DNA of 64,000 nt from Marsupella aquatica (GCA_973895155.1 OZ316892.1:20161869-20225868); one strand, 5' to 3'. Positions 12,218 through 26,882 are shown, counted from the first letter of the stretch. Translations and numbers: made by a program. Notes: generated by a model from the letters alone, not told the origin.

Positions 12218-12635
12218 CCTTTCATTACAGAATGGAGACTAGAGACTAAGGTTCTTGATGATGGCACTCATATGGCCAAAGTCAAGAGTAAGGATAATCT
12301 TTGTGTTATCCAATTTCCAACAGTTCGCCCGGATCATGTGAGAAATAGGAAGGAGCTGAGAGCAAGTGAAGAGATGAAGGACCAAGAAAATTTCTGATTG
12401 GCATCCCGTTAATGAGGGTGAGCAGGCAGGATGCCAATGTGAGTGACTCACCAAACATAAGATTTTCCTCGTCTTCGTTTGTAGCTATAGGGAGAGATAG
12501 AGAGGTTTCATATATGCAAGTTAGAGAGGCATCAAGAAAATTGAAAAAGAGAATTGAAAGAAGTAAGGCTATGTTAGTTAGTCAAGGTGTTATGGATTTA
12601 AGTGATAACATAGAGGGTGTGCTAGATGAACAAGG

Positions 12636-15600
12636 TTGTTGTCGACTTTGCAGCAAGTTATAGTAGATTTGAATGATGGAAAGGGTGAGATAGAAGTAGG
12701 CCCATTGCTATATCAGCATATAGAAGAGTTGGTTGAGGTGAACACAAAGTACAAGACAATAGATAAGAAGGTTAGACCAGCAGCCACACCTCTACCAGCT
12801 GATGCAAGAGATATTTTAAGAAGTGCTAGCAAGGAGCCTAGTTTGAGAGATAAAAGAAAAATTGGACATACATTCACAGAAGATACTTTGAACCAATTGC
12901 AAATTGGTGATGATGGACTACTTACCATGATCGATAAGGAGGCATTCAAAAAGATGATCAAAGAGCATGGGAGGGCATTTTCCTTTTCTATGGAGGAGAT
13001 AGGATGTGTGGATCCACAGAAGGTAACACCAATGGTTATTTTTACAGTTCCACACATACCATCGGATTTGAAGCCAATTTCAGTTCCAAGAGCACTAACA
13101 CCAAAGTTGATAGCATTGTTGAAAGAGAAGTTAGATGCTAAGATACTTGAGAGATCAGATGCACCATACTCCAATCGGTGGTTCACAGTGCAGAGAAGAA
13201 TGGGAAGCTACGTTTCATTCAAGACATGCAGCCACCAAACAAAGTCACAATTCGGAATGTTGGAGTTGGACCTGTGGTAGATGAGTATGCTGAAGACTTT
13301 GCTGGGAGGGCCATCTATTCCATTGGAGACTTGTACTCAGGGTATGATCAATTCCAACTTTCTCAAAGTAGTAGGGATATCACCACCATGAGAACTCCAC
13401 TTGGACTTTTGCGTATGTGCACCTTGCCACAAGGTGCTACTAATTCTGTTGCACATATGCAAAATGCTATGAACAAGATTTTGGAGTCTTTCATTCCACA
13501 TAAAACTAGACCATTCCTTGATGATATGCCAATCAAAGGATGTTTGGAAGAACTCAAGGATGAGACACTTCGAAAGGATGGGATACGTCAATTTGTTTGG
13601 GAACACATGAAGGATGTAGGGGCTATACTAAAGAAGTTGATTGAGGTGGGAGTTACACTCTCAGGAGAAAAATCAGCATTTGGCTTGAGAGAAGTCAAAG
13701 TGGTTGGGCAGATGTGTGGGCCCTATGGAAGAAAGCCAAGTAAGGAGAAGGTGGAAGCAATCAGCCAAATGGAGGATTGTCAAACAACTTCAGAGGTACG
13801 AAGGTTTCTAGGAGGTTGTATCTTCTACAGAATATGGATATCACATTTTTCACATGTTTCACATCCATTATATGGCTTGCTTAAGAAGAATGTAAGATTT
13901 ATATGGAAAAGTGAACATGTAGAAGCAATGCAGCACTTGAAAGAAGCTTTGTTAAGTCCACCTGTGCTTCGCCCATTGAAGTATGATGGTGTACATCCAA
14001 TAGTTCTTACAATAGATGCAAGTCCATATGGAGCAAGATGGGCATTGGGACAAGATGATGATGATGGGCATAGAACAGCTGCTCGTTTTGGAGCAAAGAT
14101 CTTTAACGAAAGACAACAGAAGTATCCGCATATAAAGAGAGAGCTTTGGGGAGCAAAACTAGCACTTAGGCAAGAGAGAAATTACTTGATAGGAGCTAAC
14201 ATGATTCTAGAAACTAATTGCTTACCCTTACTTGGGATGATTATAAACTGTGATACTCCCAACATTGCTATGCTTAGGTGGATAGCTTTTATCCGAATGT
14301 TTAATCCAGAACTGAAGCACATAATTGGAAAAGATAATCCAGTGGCTAATATGTTGTCAAGAGCTAGATATAAATCAGGGAAGCATAGTATTGAGTGTTC
14401 ACATGGTGAGATTGAGGGACAAATTAAGGGGTTGTTATTCTATGAAGATCTATATTCAGGAGAGTTGCTAATTATAGGACGTTATTTGAGTACATTGGAG
14501 AGAGACACTAGATGGAGTGATGAAGAATTCAGCAAGATTCGAAAGAAGGCTTACAAGTTCTTGGTTCGAGATGGATACTTATGGAGGCGTCCAAAGGCAA
14601 GGAGTCAAGTACCTCTGAGAGTGCTTGATACTGAGGGAGAGAAAGTTCAAGTATTACAAGAGGCACATGATCTTGAAGCAGCAGGGCATCGTGGAGTTCA
14701 CGCTACATATGAAAAGTTAAGAAGATTCTACCGGTGGGCTGGAATGTATATGGATGTTCGAGAATATGTTGGATCTTGTGAGATTTGCCAATACTACTCA
14801 AAGATTCAACATAGAGATGGCTTGAACCCTACACATCCTCTATCTTTACATTTTCAATGGGGTATAGATATCGTTCATATGCCACCAGGGATTAGAGGTG
14901 CAAAATATTTAGTGTTAGCTAGAGAAGACTTGTCTTCGTATGTGGAAGGGAGGACATTATCTTCTAACAAGATTGAAGTCGTATGCAGGTTTGTGTTAGA
15001 AGATATCATTGCTAGACATGGATGTTTTAGGCGCATGAGAGCTGACCGTGGAGAGTTAGATAGCAAAGAGGCAAAGGCATTCTTCAAGAAATTTCATATC
15101 CGCTTAAAGCTAAATACATCTTACAATCCAGAAGCAAACGGCAAGAGTGAGAGAGGTCATCCACCAATTGTTAATGCCTTAGTCAAATCATGCAAGGGAA
15201 AGGCATCAAGATGGCCAGACTTACTACCTTTAGCTCTATTAGCAGATAGAATAACTTGTAGTTCAGTGACAGGATATGCACCGGCAAAATTAGTAAGTGG
15301 GCATCTACCTTTAATGCCATTAGAGAAGAATGTTTTTAGTTGACTGGGAAGATCAGATATCACATGAAGAGCTACTTGCAAGGAGGATGGAACATTTCCA
15401 AACAACTCCAGAAAAGATTGACATTGCAATGGAGAAAGTGAAGCAAGCACGAGAGAAGAATAAGGTCAGATTTGATAAGACTCATCGATTGAGACCTATT
15501 CAAATCAAAGAAGGAGATTGGGTTCTTATTGCAGAAGGAGGGTTGGAGCAACAACATTCGACAAAAGCTAAGTTTATGAGAAGATGAAGAGGGCCATTTG

Positions 15601-15761
15601 TGGTTGTTACTATTCACCCAAATGCAACATACACAGTTCGAGAGTTAGATGGAGCAATTCATCAAGTTCCTTATGCAGGCAAGAGGGTTAAGCTTTTCAA
15701 ACAACGTTTGAAATTTCATTTACAAGATGTGTATGATTTGAGTGATGTAGAGGACTTTTGA
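12636..15761 (+). pseudogene. pol: Pol: RT, RNase H and integrase, with frameshifts at ~13190 and ~15335
   Basis: DLYSGYDQF, LPQG, FLDD, DASPYG, HHCC, GIDI/RADRG/NGKSE and a GPF motif. Confidence 0.95.
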
Positions 15762-15819
15762 AGCTGGGTCATAAGGTTGGTGTAGACCGGAGGCTGCACA
15801 GGTTTAGTGGGGGGTGATA

Positions 15820-17359
15820 TGTCGTGGGGATTCCTTTTAGAAGGCTAGAATCTATATTGTGTTATTTGAATTTATGTGAAGAGGGTTTTACTTAAAAGCT
15901 TCATAGTAGTACTATTAGAGCATATATGTTACATTCTATATGTAGTGTGTACATTCTATAATGGTACATAGTAGTTCCACCAATTACGCATAGTAGTTTC
16001 ACCAACTACGCATAGTAGTTTCACCAACTACGCATAGTAGTTTCACCAACTACGCATAGTAGTTGCACCAATTACGTATAGTAGTTTCACCAACTATGCA
16101 TAGTAGTTGCACCAATTACGTATAGTAGTTTCACCAACTATGCATAGTAGTTGCACCAATTACGCATAGTAGTTTCACCAACTACGCATAGTAGTTGTAC
16201 CAATTACGCATAGTAGTTCCACCAATTACGCGTAATAATTCCACCAACTACGCACAGTAGTTCCACCAACTATGAATAGTACTAGCACACTTATAGGTGC
16301 TTGATGCTTGCCACTTGGCTTCCATCCAAGGGTCAAGGCATCGATCCATGCCCTCTTGGAAAACACAAAGGGGCACTATAAATAAAGTGAAGAGGAGCAC
16401 ACTCTCCTCATTCGCATTGTTTGATCTATCATGTTGGACTTGCAACACTATAAGGAACTCTTCCCCTCTTGTGCACATGTCTTGTTTATTATTTACCTCC
16501 ATGCTTGGGTACTAACTTGATTGTTAGTCTTAGAACTATTTTATGTTTTATGTTTATTAGTCTTGAGATCAATTTAGTGTGCTTGTAATGAATAATATGA
16601 TAAATGGAGTACCTAGAGTTTATCCCCCACCTGTTGTGCCATTTGTCAATCCTTTCTTAATTAGAATTCATTGTCTTAGCAAGCATACCATGAGAATGAA
16701 TCTTCTTTATCATTTTGGATTTGAGTTAATGGAAACAGTTATGAATAGCGATGCACCATTTGTATACCCGATTGTTGTTTATGGAAATGAATGGAATGTA
16801 ACTATTTTTATTTTATATTAGATGGATTTTAATAGACAATCCATAAATATACCGAAGTTAGATTTGAATAGGCTTCCTAATAATGTGTCTGATTTTCCTT
16901 CATCTATTGACATTAGAGTGGTATGCCATAAGAAGGTTGATTGTAGAGATGTTTTAGTTAGAAAGTATGGAGATGAAAGATACAATGTTATGTTTAGGAT
17001 GCCAGAACCTGTGATTATATCATCTATGGTAAATCTTAAGATCATAGTCTTTATTTTCTATAATTGACTTATCTAATTGTAGGATTCGTTGAAAATTGCA
17101 ATCTATGACTTGACTTGGGAAGTAAGTTATGTGGAAAGAGGATAGGCCGATTCGAGGCTTAGTGTGAGGAAGCCGCTCATCGTAGAGTGGGACAAAGGCT
17201 GTGAGAGATATTTTAGAGGATAACGGTGAGAGAAATTGATCGACAAAGGGGATTGCAAGGGTAATGTGAGGTGAGAAAAGACGTATTTTGGAAAGGTTTC
17301 TTCCAAGATAGGAAAAACAAGAGCTCGGTGCTTCCCAAGAACTAAAGATTCCCTCGACA
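15820..17359 (+). repeat. Gypsy 3' LTR (1540 bp), preceded by PPT agtggggggtgata
   Basis: Direct repeat of the 5' LTR, 110 bp longer (five extra 22-bp units). Confidence 0.95.
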
Positions 17360-17670
17360 ACGGTCTCTCAAGAAAATCTTGAGAAAGATTATATTGATAA
17401 GACGAATCTTTGGAGGAGAAATGTGATCATTCGTAATCACGGGAATAAAGACCATTTAGAAAAGTTTGACGAATTTATGAAATACTTATCTGCCGAAAAA
17501 GACCGTGCTATAAAAGCCCGGGATAAGTCCAATAAGTAAACGTTTATTGTTTATTATCAATTATTATTTATAAATTGATTAAAATTGAACTTTATATTTT
17601 GGGAGTGACGCGCCTGGTCACGTGGTTGTTTGCAATTGCATAATATGAGAATCAAATTGTTCATTTACAG

Positions 17671-17999
17671 GTGTCTAAGTGGAGTAGGTTGCGTCAACTT
17701 CTAGTTTTAGGACTGGAAAACTTCCTGTGCTCTGTTTCAAAATATACTCCTCAGCTCAAGTTGACACCCGGAATGCGTATCGGATCTCTATGTGTCGTTC
17801 CGAGGCCGCATCTTCATGATCTTATAAAATTATGTTATGATCATTTTGATGTGATGGTCTGGTCTATTCTCGACGATAAACTGGTTTATCAGATACTTTC
17901 AGAAGTGTTGTCGAGCACCGACCTGTCGCAGCTGATATATGTGTTCACGCGGGATCATTGCTGGAATCTTGGTTATGTGAAGAAAAATTATAAGACTGT
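17671..17999 (+). pseudogene. FCP1-like domain 2, N-terminal half (C-terminal half at 43917-44292, minus strand)
   Basis: LLVLGLENFL, PRPHLHDLI, VMVWS and HCWNLGYVKKNYKT; cut at the CACTA TIR. Confidence 0.7.
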
Positions 18000-18854
18000 C
18001 ACTAGAAGAATCCGAGGTGAACTGAGACCGCAATATATGACTCATTTTGGCTCATGTGACTTCATTGTGACTCAATGTGACTTGACCCACGCTGTGACCC
18101 TTGGAGTTGCAAAAGTTGAGACCAAAAAATGGAAGTCACTATTGATACTGGGCTTTGCAACTTGCTTGATACCCATTTGTGACTGATCTGTGACTTTATT
18201 GTGGAGTCTAGCCTTGTTTCGACGTGACTGCAATATGACTTCAGCGAGTCACATCGTAAGTCACATACATGACTTACCCGCATTCAACAACGACTAGCGT
18301 GTGACTATTTAGTGTCACAGGAGAGACCAATGGAGACCTTGGCCCGCGTCACACAACAGAACCATTTGGGACTCTATATACTCATGTTTATAACTAATAA
18401 GGTTCACATGCAAGTTATAACCATGACTAATGAACACAGAGGGACAGTTCATAAGGAGAGAGAGCACTCGACATTACAATACATAGAAACCTGATGTTCT
18501 AACTTTAGAAATATAACACATTGAATACAGGAAATGAACATAGCATGAATGACATCCACATGAAACAAAGCATCATATAAGCAGATCCTACATAAAACAT
18601 TCATAAGAATTAAACACAATCACAATCTTGCTAAAAAATGAAGATCATTTGAATTCCAATGGAATAGTTTACAATGTGATCAATGTAATTTAGACAAAAC
18701 AGGAACTCATAATTGATGACTGTAGGATGAGATAACTGAAAGCACATGCATGATACTATGAATCTCCAAGAGGACATGATTCTTGTACTGCTTCTTGACA
18801 TCTAAAATCTACATAACATGACTCACACTACAAACAAATAATGGCATGACATTG

Positions 18855-21800
18855 TTATGGATCCTCTATGAACTTGCTTGGCCATAATACCAAAGAACCT
18901 GCAGCATCTCCAAGTGTCTTTTGAGGAGGATCATCATTTGTGTTTGGAATGGGAAGGACAGCTTTAGGTTTCACTAGTAATGTGACTAACACTACTGAAT
19001 AACCTGGGGGAATCCTCTTGCCATGGAACGTTGTGGAACCAACCTGCACTTTGGCAAATCCTACTCGTGTTCCACTCTCATCAACAGCTAACAAGCCACT
19101 TTGTCCCTCAGCATTAGGTGCTTTCCCCACTTCCACCTTAGATCTTTCTGCCAGCACTGTTCTTGGAGGTTTGTATGAAACCTTTGACGTGGCTCTGCTC
19201 CCACCAGCAGACTTGCTTCGTGTGCGCATGCTTCCTCTCTTCACAGTAGTGAAGCTAGGCTCAGTAGGTTCCTCTGTTAGGACTGTCACAGTAGCAGGTT
19301 CATCACCTGGGAGTGTCATACCAACTAACTCTTTGGTTGGATTTATCTCAACAAGAGGCACACCTGTCATTGAGAATGATACATTCTGCAAATCATTTAT
19401 CTCTGCAATGGAGTCAAGATCTACATAGCATGAATCTGGCTCAATGGTATCATTGTCATGCTTGCTGATATCCTCATTTGCCCCAACATTGATATCATCC
19501 ACTCCCTTGCCAATGTCATCCTCATCCAAACATGGTTGACTGCCCTCTGTCAAACAAGTTGCTTGTACAGACTGCAACTTTGTTGCCTCTAAATTACAGC
19601 GAGTATTTGCCAAGTTCTCATACTTCTTCTCTGTAGCACCTGTCTTATTCTCTATGGACACAACAACCACAATATATGTTACTGAAAATAACACATTCAA
19701 CAAACAATGTCAATTCAAACTATACATTTAATAATCATATCCCACACAGTTGTAAAGGCCTTACCTTCAAGCCTACATGTCGTTGGCATGCCAGAAGAGT
19801 GCATCGACTTTTCCACCTCAAGTGGTGATGGTGGAACTCCTGCAGAATTGGAATCAATTTTATCTCTCACCGACACAACAGCTTCCATTAATGTCTTGAA
19901 GTTCACATGGAACAAGTCAGTCAATGAATTCAAACGTTCATTGATCTCTGGAAGACATGTTTCGACAGCCTTCAAACGACCACTTATCTTTGTAAGTGAA
20001 GATCCACCTCCCTACATGACACAGGGGTATAGGTTCAATCACTCCATATGAAATGTTGGGCAATATATGCACAATCAATGTTATATACAGTGTACACCTG
20101 AAATTCAACGCAGGTCATTCAATTACCAATCAGAACTCATATAACTTACATGCTTGGAGGATTCAGATGCACCCTCTTGAGCCCGGGTGTTCACAATTTC
20201 AGCCCTCAACTCTTCTTTTGAAGGGCTTTGCCCCAATTGGGCTTTCTGCACATGCATGGCAAACACAAGTTATCGATCAATATTCAGGGAACGTACACTA
20301 AAAAACAAAGTTTACATGTATGGGTTTACACTAAAAAATAGTACATAGTGTAGCATAAATTACATAGCTAGGCCATTCATTCTTACCAAACGTTTAGCTG
20401 TCGGTGCAGTGCCGGTCCTTCCTGTCAGATTAGGGTTCTGAACACTCAACCTGGCCTCGGTCATCTGTGAACTCTTCTTTTTTGAAGCATCTGTTACAAA
20501 ATAAGCTACTAACCTTGCCCACACTTTATCATCACAACTGGCTGGTGGAGGCATATCTGGCTTCTCCCCACCTTCCTTCCAAGCCTTATGCATTCTCCAC
20601 CTCTCTTGCTTGATAATTTTACCTGCTGTACTCTCTAGGCAACCTATGTCCACGCCATCATCACTGCCCACATAATTCCATTTGGCAGCAACATTTTCAC
20701 ATACAGTCTTCCAATCTTTTGGATGCTGTTTTTTAAAATTAATAACACTCACATCTAACCAACGCAATACTTCAGCTTTCAAATCAGCATGCCATCGGTT
20801 CTTGCGAGGACACTCAGCATCCACCCATTGTCTCTCATTCAACTTTACGTTCCCTTTTTTTGTCACCTCCCCTCGTGCACTGCTCTCGGTAGTACTGGGC
20901 GTTGTATTGGCCACCCCTTCATTCACCCTACCTGGGGTTCTGAAGCCACCTGGGAAAATACAATGCCATTCATGCTTGAGAACTACATATAGCAGAATGG
21001 ATGACGGCAACATTCAATGCTTCACTTCAAGAAAAATTCTTCAAACATACATACCTGTAGCTCTGCCTGTAGATGCCTGTGCAGGGACTGCACTCTGAAA
21101 TTGTTGCGACCCTGGACCACCTGTCCAGCCTAGTACAGGGGCCGGATGATGTCACTTTCTAGGTATGTGTGTGCAAACATATGTACTGAAAACTAAGTAC
21201 AAACTGTAGGAAAACAACTGAACATTCACCGACATACCTGTCCCCCTTCCGTGCTGCATCTGCATAGGGGCATTAGTGAATACTTGAGTCGATGGTTCGA
21301 CTGTCCAACCTGCACACATACATTTTCTATCATTATACATGTGCAGAGTCCCCCCCACGTGAATGGACTCCACATATAATGAGTTCTTCCATTGCTGACA
21401 AGATCAGACATTACCTGCTCCTCTTCCAGCGTTTGTAGGTATTGAATTTTGATATCCCTGCCAATTACCTTCACCACCTTCCCAACCTTGTTCATTCCAC
21501 GACCCACCACCATCCTCCCAACCTGGTTCAACCCATGTCTGTCCTTGTGGACATTGGAACTGATCATTACTAGCATTTGCCCAATCAGGTTGGGCAGAAT
21601 CTGCATGCAATGGCAGGTGGACAGAATTTCATGTTGTCTGAATCCAACACATCCCAAACAATGTCAAAAATTGATATGCAGTCTGAAATTCAGGAGTGCC
21701 ATGCCTTCACAAAGAACTGGCATATAGATATATACTCACATCCCCATGGTTGAGGTGGACGTCCATACCCACGAGATTGTGGGTTTGGACCTGCTCTGCC

Positions 21801-22560
21801 TCTACCACGGGCATAACCTAGAGCTTGCCCCCTGCCATAGTATTGGGCACCAGCCTGGGATCTACCACTACTACCACCTCGCCAACCTTGATCAGAGGTC
21901 AGCCCCCCCTGCTGGTATGGTGCATGCACAGGCTTCAAAGGCAAAACAGAACTGGCAGGACGCTGCATCACATCACCAACTACAATGTCAGGAACTAAGC
22001 AAGGTACATATGTGTAGTACTGAACATATGAAACCTCTAAACAAGAGTTTTTAACTCAAAACCTTGTTGGGAAAACTACTTACATGTTTCTTTTGGGGCT
22101 GCTCTGCAATGTATTCATCTTCATAACCCCCATCCTCATCCATTTCCTCTGGAAAATACTCATCATCTGCATCTTCTTGTCTAGTGTCTGCACCCACCTG
22201 TGCAGCATCAATGTCATCTCCACATTCTGCCATTGTAGGTACGACCTTCTTGCTCAACCTGTCACTCTGACACACAGGCCCAGAGATAGTGCTGGTCACC
22301 CTTCTTGCGTACTCCTTTTGTTTCTTTGAAAATGCTGTGGCTCTGCGACATTCCAATATGAGAATACAGTCACAATTTCAGTGCCACATTGAACTATTCA
22401 TGTCACACAAACTCAGCGGAGGGGTGTAGTTGAGAATCGTTCCCTTACAATTCAGCCACATCCTTTTCCAGATCCAGTTCTGCGATTTTGGCTTTCACGT
22501 ATGCTCGTTGTTCCATAGCTTTCCTTTCATACTCACACATCTCTGTGTCACTCTGTTCCA
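18855..22560 (-). CDS. TnpA-like multi-exon protein (Transposase_24-like and C-terminal Tnp1/En-Spm-like domains); exon bounds approximate
   Basis: PPPASCDDKVWARLVAYF...SSQMTEAR...GRTG and FHGKRIPPGYSVVLV...LGDAAGSLVLWP. Confidence 0.7.
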
Positions 22561-22717
22561 TCCTACTGGACCACAAAAACATGTCATCTATGGTCACCCC
22601 GTATAACACAATGCAACCACAATCACCAGGCATCCATCCATACATCTGTGTTGCTTCAGAATTACTTTATTACACATCCTTCCCCTCACTAATGTCCATG
22701 CAAACAATTCACATTAC

Positions 22718-25700
22718 TCATGGCACAGGCACACTGTTGGCATCTGCATCTCTGAATTCGCCTCCTTCAGCAAATGCATCTACCCTTGTCACAGGAATGA
22801 AGTCCCCGCTATCATGAACTACAGGCACTTGGTCTGAACGCCGATGATCAAAGGCACTATGAGAGTGTAAATGAAACTCAAGGTTTGATCCTTCCATCCG
22901 ACGTTGCCTGGCCTGTTTATGACACACTACACGCCAACCTGGGGAGTCTTCCACATCCAGGAAGAAAGCTTGCTCCACCTGACTAGGAAACACAAATGGC
23001 TCAGACCATTCGGGCAATTTCCCTCTGAAATTGGCCAGCAAGAAACCGTCGTTGTCTCTCTTCATGGTAGCCCTGTTACCAAGCCAATCCTGCCGCACCC
23101 ATGAACCTTTCATAAGAATCACAGGACTGGACACCGCCCCATAGTCTAGAGCCCATATGTCAACTAATTCTCCCACATATCCCATCTCCATCCAGGCCCT
23201 GTCGTGATTGTGGCTCTGTTGCTCAAATACAGTGATGAGCCCGCAGTCATTCGTCACCCTGTAGGCACTGTCACCATCCTTCACTCGGAAGTGATTCCCA
23301 TATGCTCTCATCCGTTTATAAGTCTTCACTTTCAGGCTAGGGGCATTAGACAGTAGGTAAACATCTGCATCCATGTCTGGGTGGGTCTCGTGATGCTCTC
23401 TAATTGCCACTCTGATCCACTCCATGAAACCTGGAAAAGTTGTTCTTGCAGTGGGATGGGCCGCCTTCAATGACTCATACTCCCTGAACGAACAACCACA
23501 CAGCATTAGCTTGGGTAAACATGAACAGGCTGAAGGAGAAAACCACACGAACACAACATTTAAGCTCATGAACTGGATTATAGCACATGTATGCACTCAC
23601 TGTATCCAGGGTTCCATCACTACAGTGTTGTGCAATACAAAGTCATGTGCCAAGTCTCTCATAGATATGGTCAGGTTCTTTGTGGTTGCAGCCCCTTCCA
23701 GTACTTCACCTATCACCCCTTCCTCCTCATCAGAATTCCACACCCTGGTCTTCACATGCTCATATTGTGCTATGTATTCGGTCAGAAATCCTAGAGTCTC
23801 ATCCTTGATGTAACCTTTAGCCATGCTTGCTTCAGGTTTGTAATATGTTCTCACGTGACCTTTGAGTAGCTTCATGTACCGTTCCAAAGGGTACAACCAA
23901 CGAGCACTCACAGGCCCAAATTGGTGTAGCTCTTCCACAACATGGACAAGTAGGTGGGTCATGACATCAAAAAATGCGGGAGGAAAATAAATCTCCAGGT
24001 CACACAGCACCTGAGCGACATCTTCTGTCAGTTGTGGGAAGTGTGTTTCATCCCAAACCTTCACACAAATACGATGAAACACATCACTGAGTCGCATGAT
24101 CACAGTACGAACAGGCTTCTGCAACAGGCCCCTCAGGCATAAAGGCAACACCTGTTGCATCAACATATGGTAGTCATGGCTTTTCATACTACCAAGCTTT
24201 CTAGTCATGATATGCTTCTTGAAAGCACTGCCATAGTTTGAAGGAACCTTCAAAGAACTCAACCTCTGCACAAATAGTTCCCACTCTGTGTCTGTCAGAA
24301 CATAGGGCGCTTGGTACTTCAAGAGCACATCAGCTCTGTGGGCATGTGGCCTCAACCAAAGATGGGGTTTCATTCCCCTCTGTTCAAGATCCAATCTCAC
24401 TGAACCAGTGTCTTTCTCTCCACACAAGAATCTGAGTAGACTCTCACAAATATTCTTTTCAATGTGCATAACATCAATGTTATGTTTGCTTGGCTCAAAC
24501 TCCTGCATCGTTGCAATGCAAAAGCGTCAGGAAATGCCTCAAGTTTAGTCTCTCTCTTCGAAATGAATGCACATGCTCTGAACCAAAACATGTATCCCAA
24601 TTAGCATCAACTCCAAGAGGCTTACCCTCCAGTACTTGAGCTCCAAGTCCAATATGCTCAGTCTTTTTACACCATATCGCTTTATTGGATCACTCACTCC
24701 ATCTTCCCTGCCCCCTCATTTGATATAGTCATCCCTCAGTGCTCCCCACTACCTGATCTCCTCTTTGGTCACTCGTGCCGGGGGTCCACGTTGCTCAATC
24801 TCATTGTCAAAGTGTGCAATCAGTGCCTGTCTTTCTCTGTAAGGGTGATCTGCCTTCAGAAAACGACGATGGCCCATGTATATCACTTTCTGCAGGGCTC
24901 TGGAGTACTCACTGGTGACATTGCGCCCACAGATAGTACAAGCACAATATCCTTTTGTTGTTTGGCCTGATATCATCCCATGGGCTGGGTAGTCAGCTAT
25001 AGTCAGAATGACAATGGCTCTAAGGATGAATGGGTTTAACCTCCCAAGCCTCTGTAGGACATCATATGTGAGAACTCCTTCCTCCCAAAGCTTTCTCAAT
25101 TCCTCCACTAGGGGAGCCAGAAACACATCTATGTTGGCAGATACAGCACTGTCTGGCCCTGGTATCAGTAGGACCATCAGAAAAAAAAATCGCTTTGTAG
25201 TCATCCAAGGAGGAAGGTTATAATTCAAAATAGTTACAGGCCAGCACGAAAATTTGTTGTTCTTGTCTCCAAATGGGTTTACCCCATCCAATGACAGCCC
25301 AAGTCTGACATTCCTCGGCTCAGCAGCAAATTCGGGATACATCTCATCTATGAGTTTCCATTGCCTTGAATCTGCAGCATGTCGTTGTAGCCCATCATCA
25401 CTTTTCTTGTCAGTTGCCCAAGTCATCATCTCCGAGATGGCACGGCTTCTGAACATCCGCTGAAGTCTGGGAATGAGTGGAAAATGACGAAGTACCTTGG
25501 CGGGAACCATAGACTTTCCTAAGTTCCGATACCTGTGCTTCCCACACTTAGGGCATGTCAACGATTCTTTATACTCCTTTCTGAAAAGAACATGCCCATC
25601 AGGACAGGCATGGATCGAATCATAGTTCAATCCAAGATTAGATATGCATCTTTTTGCCTCGTACATGTTTTTGGGCAAAATATTACCATCTGGTAGCACA

Positions 25701-26395
25701 GTTGTTCACAAGAATGCCAACAACTCAGAAACCAAAATGTTGGGGACATTGTGGTTGCCGCAAATGTTCAGGAACATGATGACAAATCCCAGTTTAGAAC
25801 ATTTGCTACCGGGGTACAAAGACTTCCTGCCTTCCTGTATTTGCAGGGGAGAGCCAAACATCCCATCATGCCCAGGGGTTTCCTGCCCTATCTCAAACTC
25901 ATCAAGAGGCTCTTCGACAGGGGGCACACTTGCATCTGCAGCCGTATCCTCTTCATTGTCCAGCCCATCATGAAATGCATCCAAGTCTTGGAAGATGTCT
26001 CTCACCATCTCTTCCACATGAATTCCTTCGTCACGTGGTGCTGCCTGAGCACCATCCCATTGGAGAGCTGACAACCCACAGAGACCAGCTACAACATTTT
26101 CAAATGCACCAGGCAGAACCTCACTTGCCCGTCTTGCAGCATTGGCAGCATCAAATTCTAACCTCCACTCCTCGTCGGAAGAATCTTCCTCTACAGGATC
26201 ATTCCAAACTCGATGTCGTGGATCTCTTCCATGAACCGCGATATGCCGCCAAACCTCATTCAGACCCCTGGTACGGGATCCTTGGCAGATTGCACAAGGA
26301 CATCTCATCCTACTGGCTCCTGAAAGTCTGGTTCGTAACCTTTCACGCTGCCAAAGCTTATTATCATGGCGTGATATCCTTGTGGGATGATGCAA
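22718..26395 (-). pseudogene. CACTA transposase TnpD (Tnp2/Transposase_21, DUF4218, DUF4216) with premature stops
   Basis: CPCAIC, LSLDGVNPF, DYPAHG, DVMHIEKN, KSHDYH, WLYPLER and EPFVFPSQVEQAFF; stops at ~25706 and ~24749. Confidence 0.93.
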
Positions 26396-26882
26396 AGGCA
26401 GTGCCTGTGCCCTGGGCTGGGTCTAGGGAGGGTGGTGACCAGGGTGCATTGTAACAGGCTGGGAGCTCTGCAGTCATGGACAGCAGTGAACAAGGATGCC
26501 TAATGGTGGTATTTGTGTTCCATATATCCCTGATTGTATCTGCCAAAAGAGTTAACATAACGTGTACTAAATTCTCACAAACCCTAAACCACCCCAAAAG
26601 AAAAAAACAGGTTCGCAAGTAGTGTACCTATTGTCAAGTGAATGACACAAAATTCCTAAATGTTGGAGGGTGTCACCACCTCCTCTGCTGTCCTCAAATG
26701 TACCGCCTCTGCATGTACGTTTACAGTGACACCCCCAGGCAGTAGGAAACAACAATCCGCCAACAGTAAAATAAGCCCAACTGCCACCAACCATAACAAG
26801 GTACATTAGTTCAAAGATCACATTTATTTCAATGATCTGATTTATACAAAAAAACTTGTGTCCAAACTGATGCTACTACTCC

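Larger units (their letters stand above)
8560..17359 (+). mobile_element. Full-length Ty3/Gypsy LTR retrotransposon with decayed ORFs
   Basis: Two near-identical TG...CA LTRs, PBS, PPT, gag-PR-RT-RH-IN order, and a 4-bp TSD acgt/acgg. Confidence 0.97.
1..17999 (+). mobile_element. Left arm of a large, decayed, gene-rich transposon-like element (superfamily unassigned; no transposase in window)
   Basis: Dense co-oriented cargo (F-box-like x3, Ulp1, FCP1-like), many stops consistent with CGA>TGA/CAG>TAG changes, and a shared dispersed palindrome. It continues at 42850-44292 (-). Confidence 0.6.

Noticed and set aside
18000-18186. C-terminal part of the 17671..18186 ORF
   Set aside because: Read-through into the CACTA TIR and subterminal repeats.
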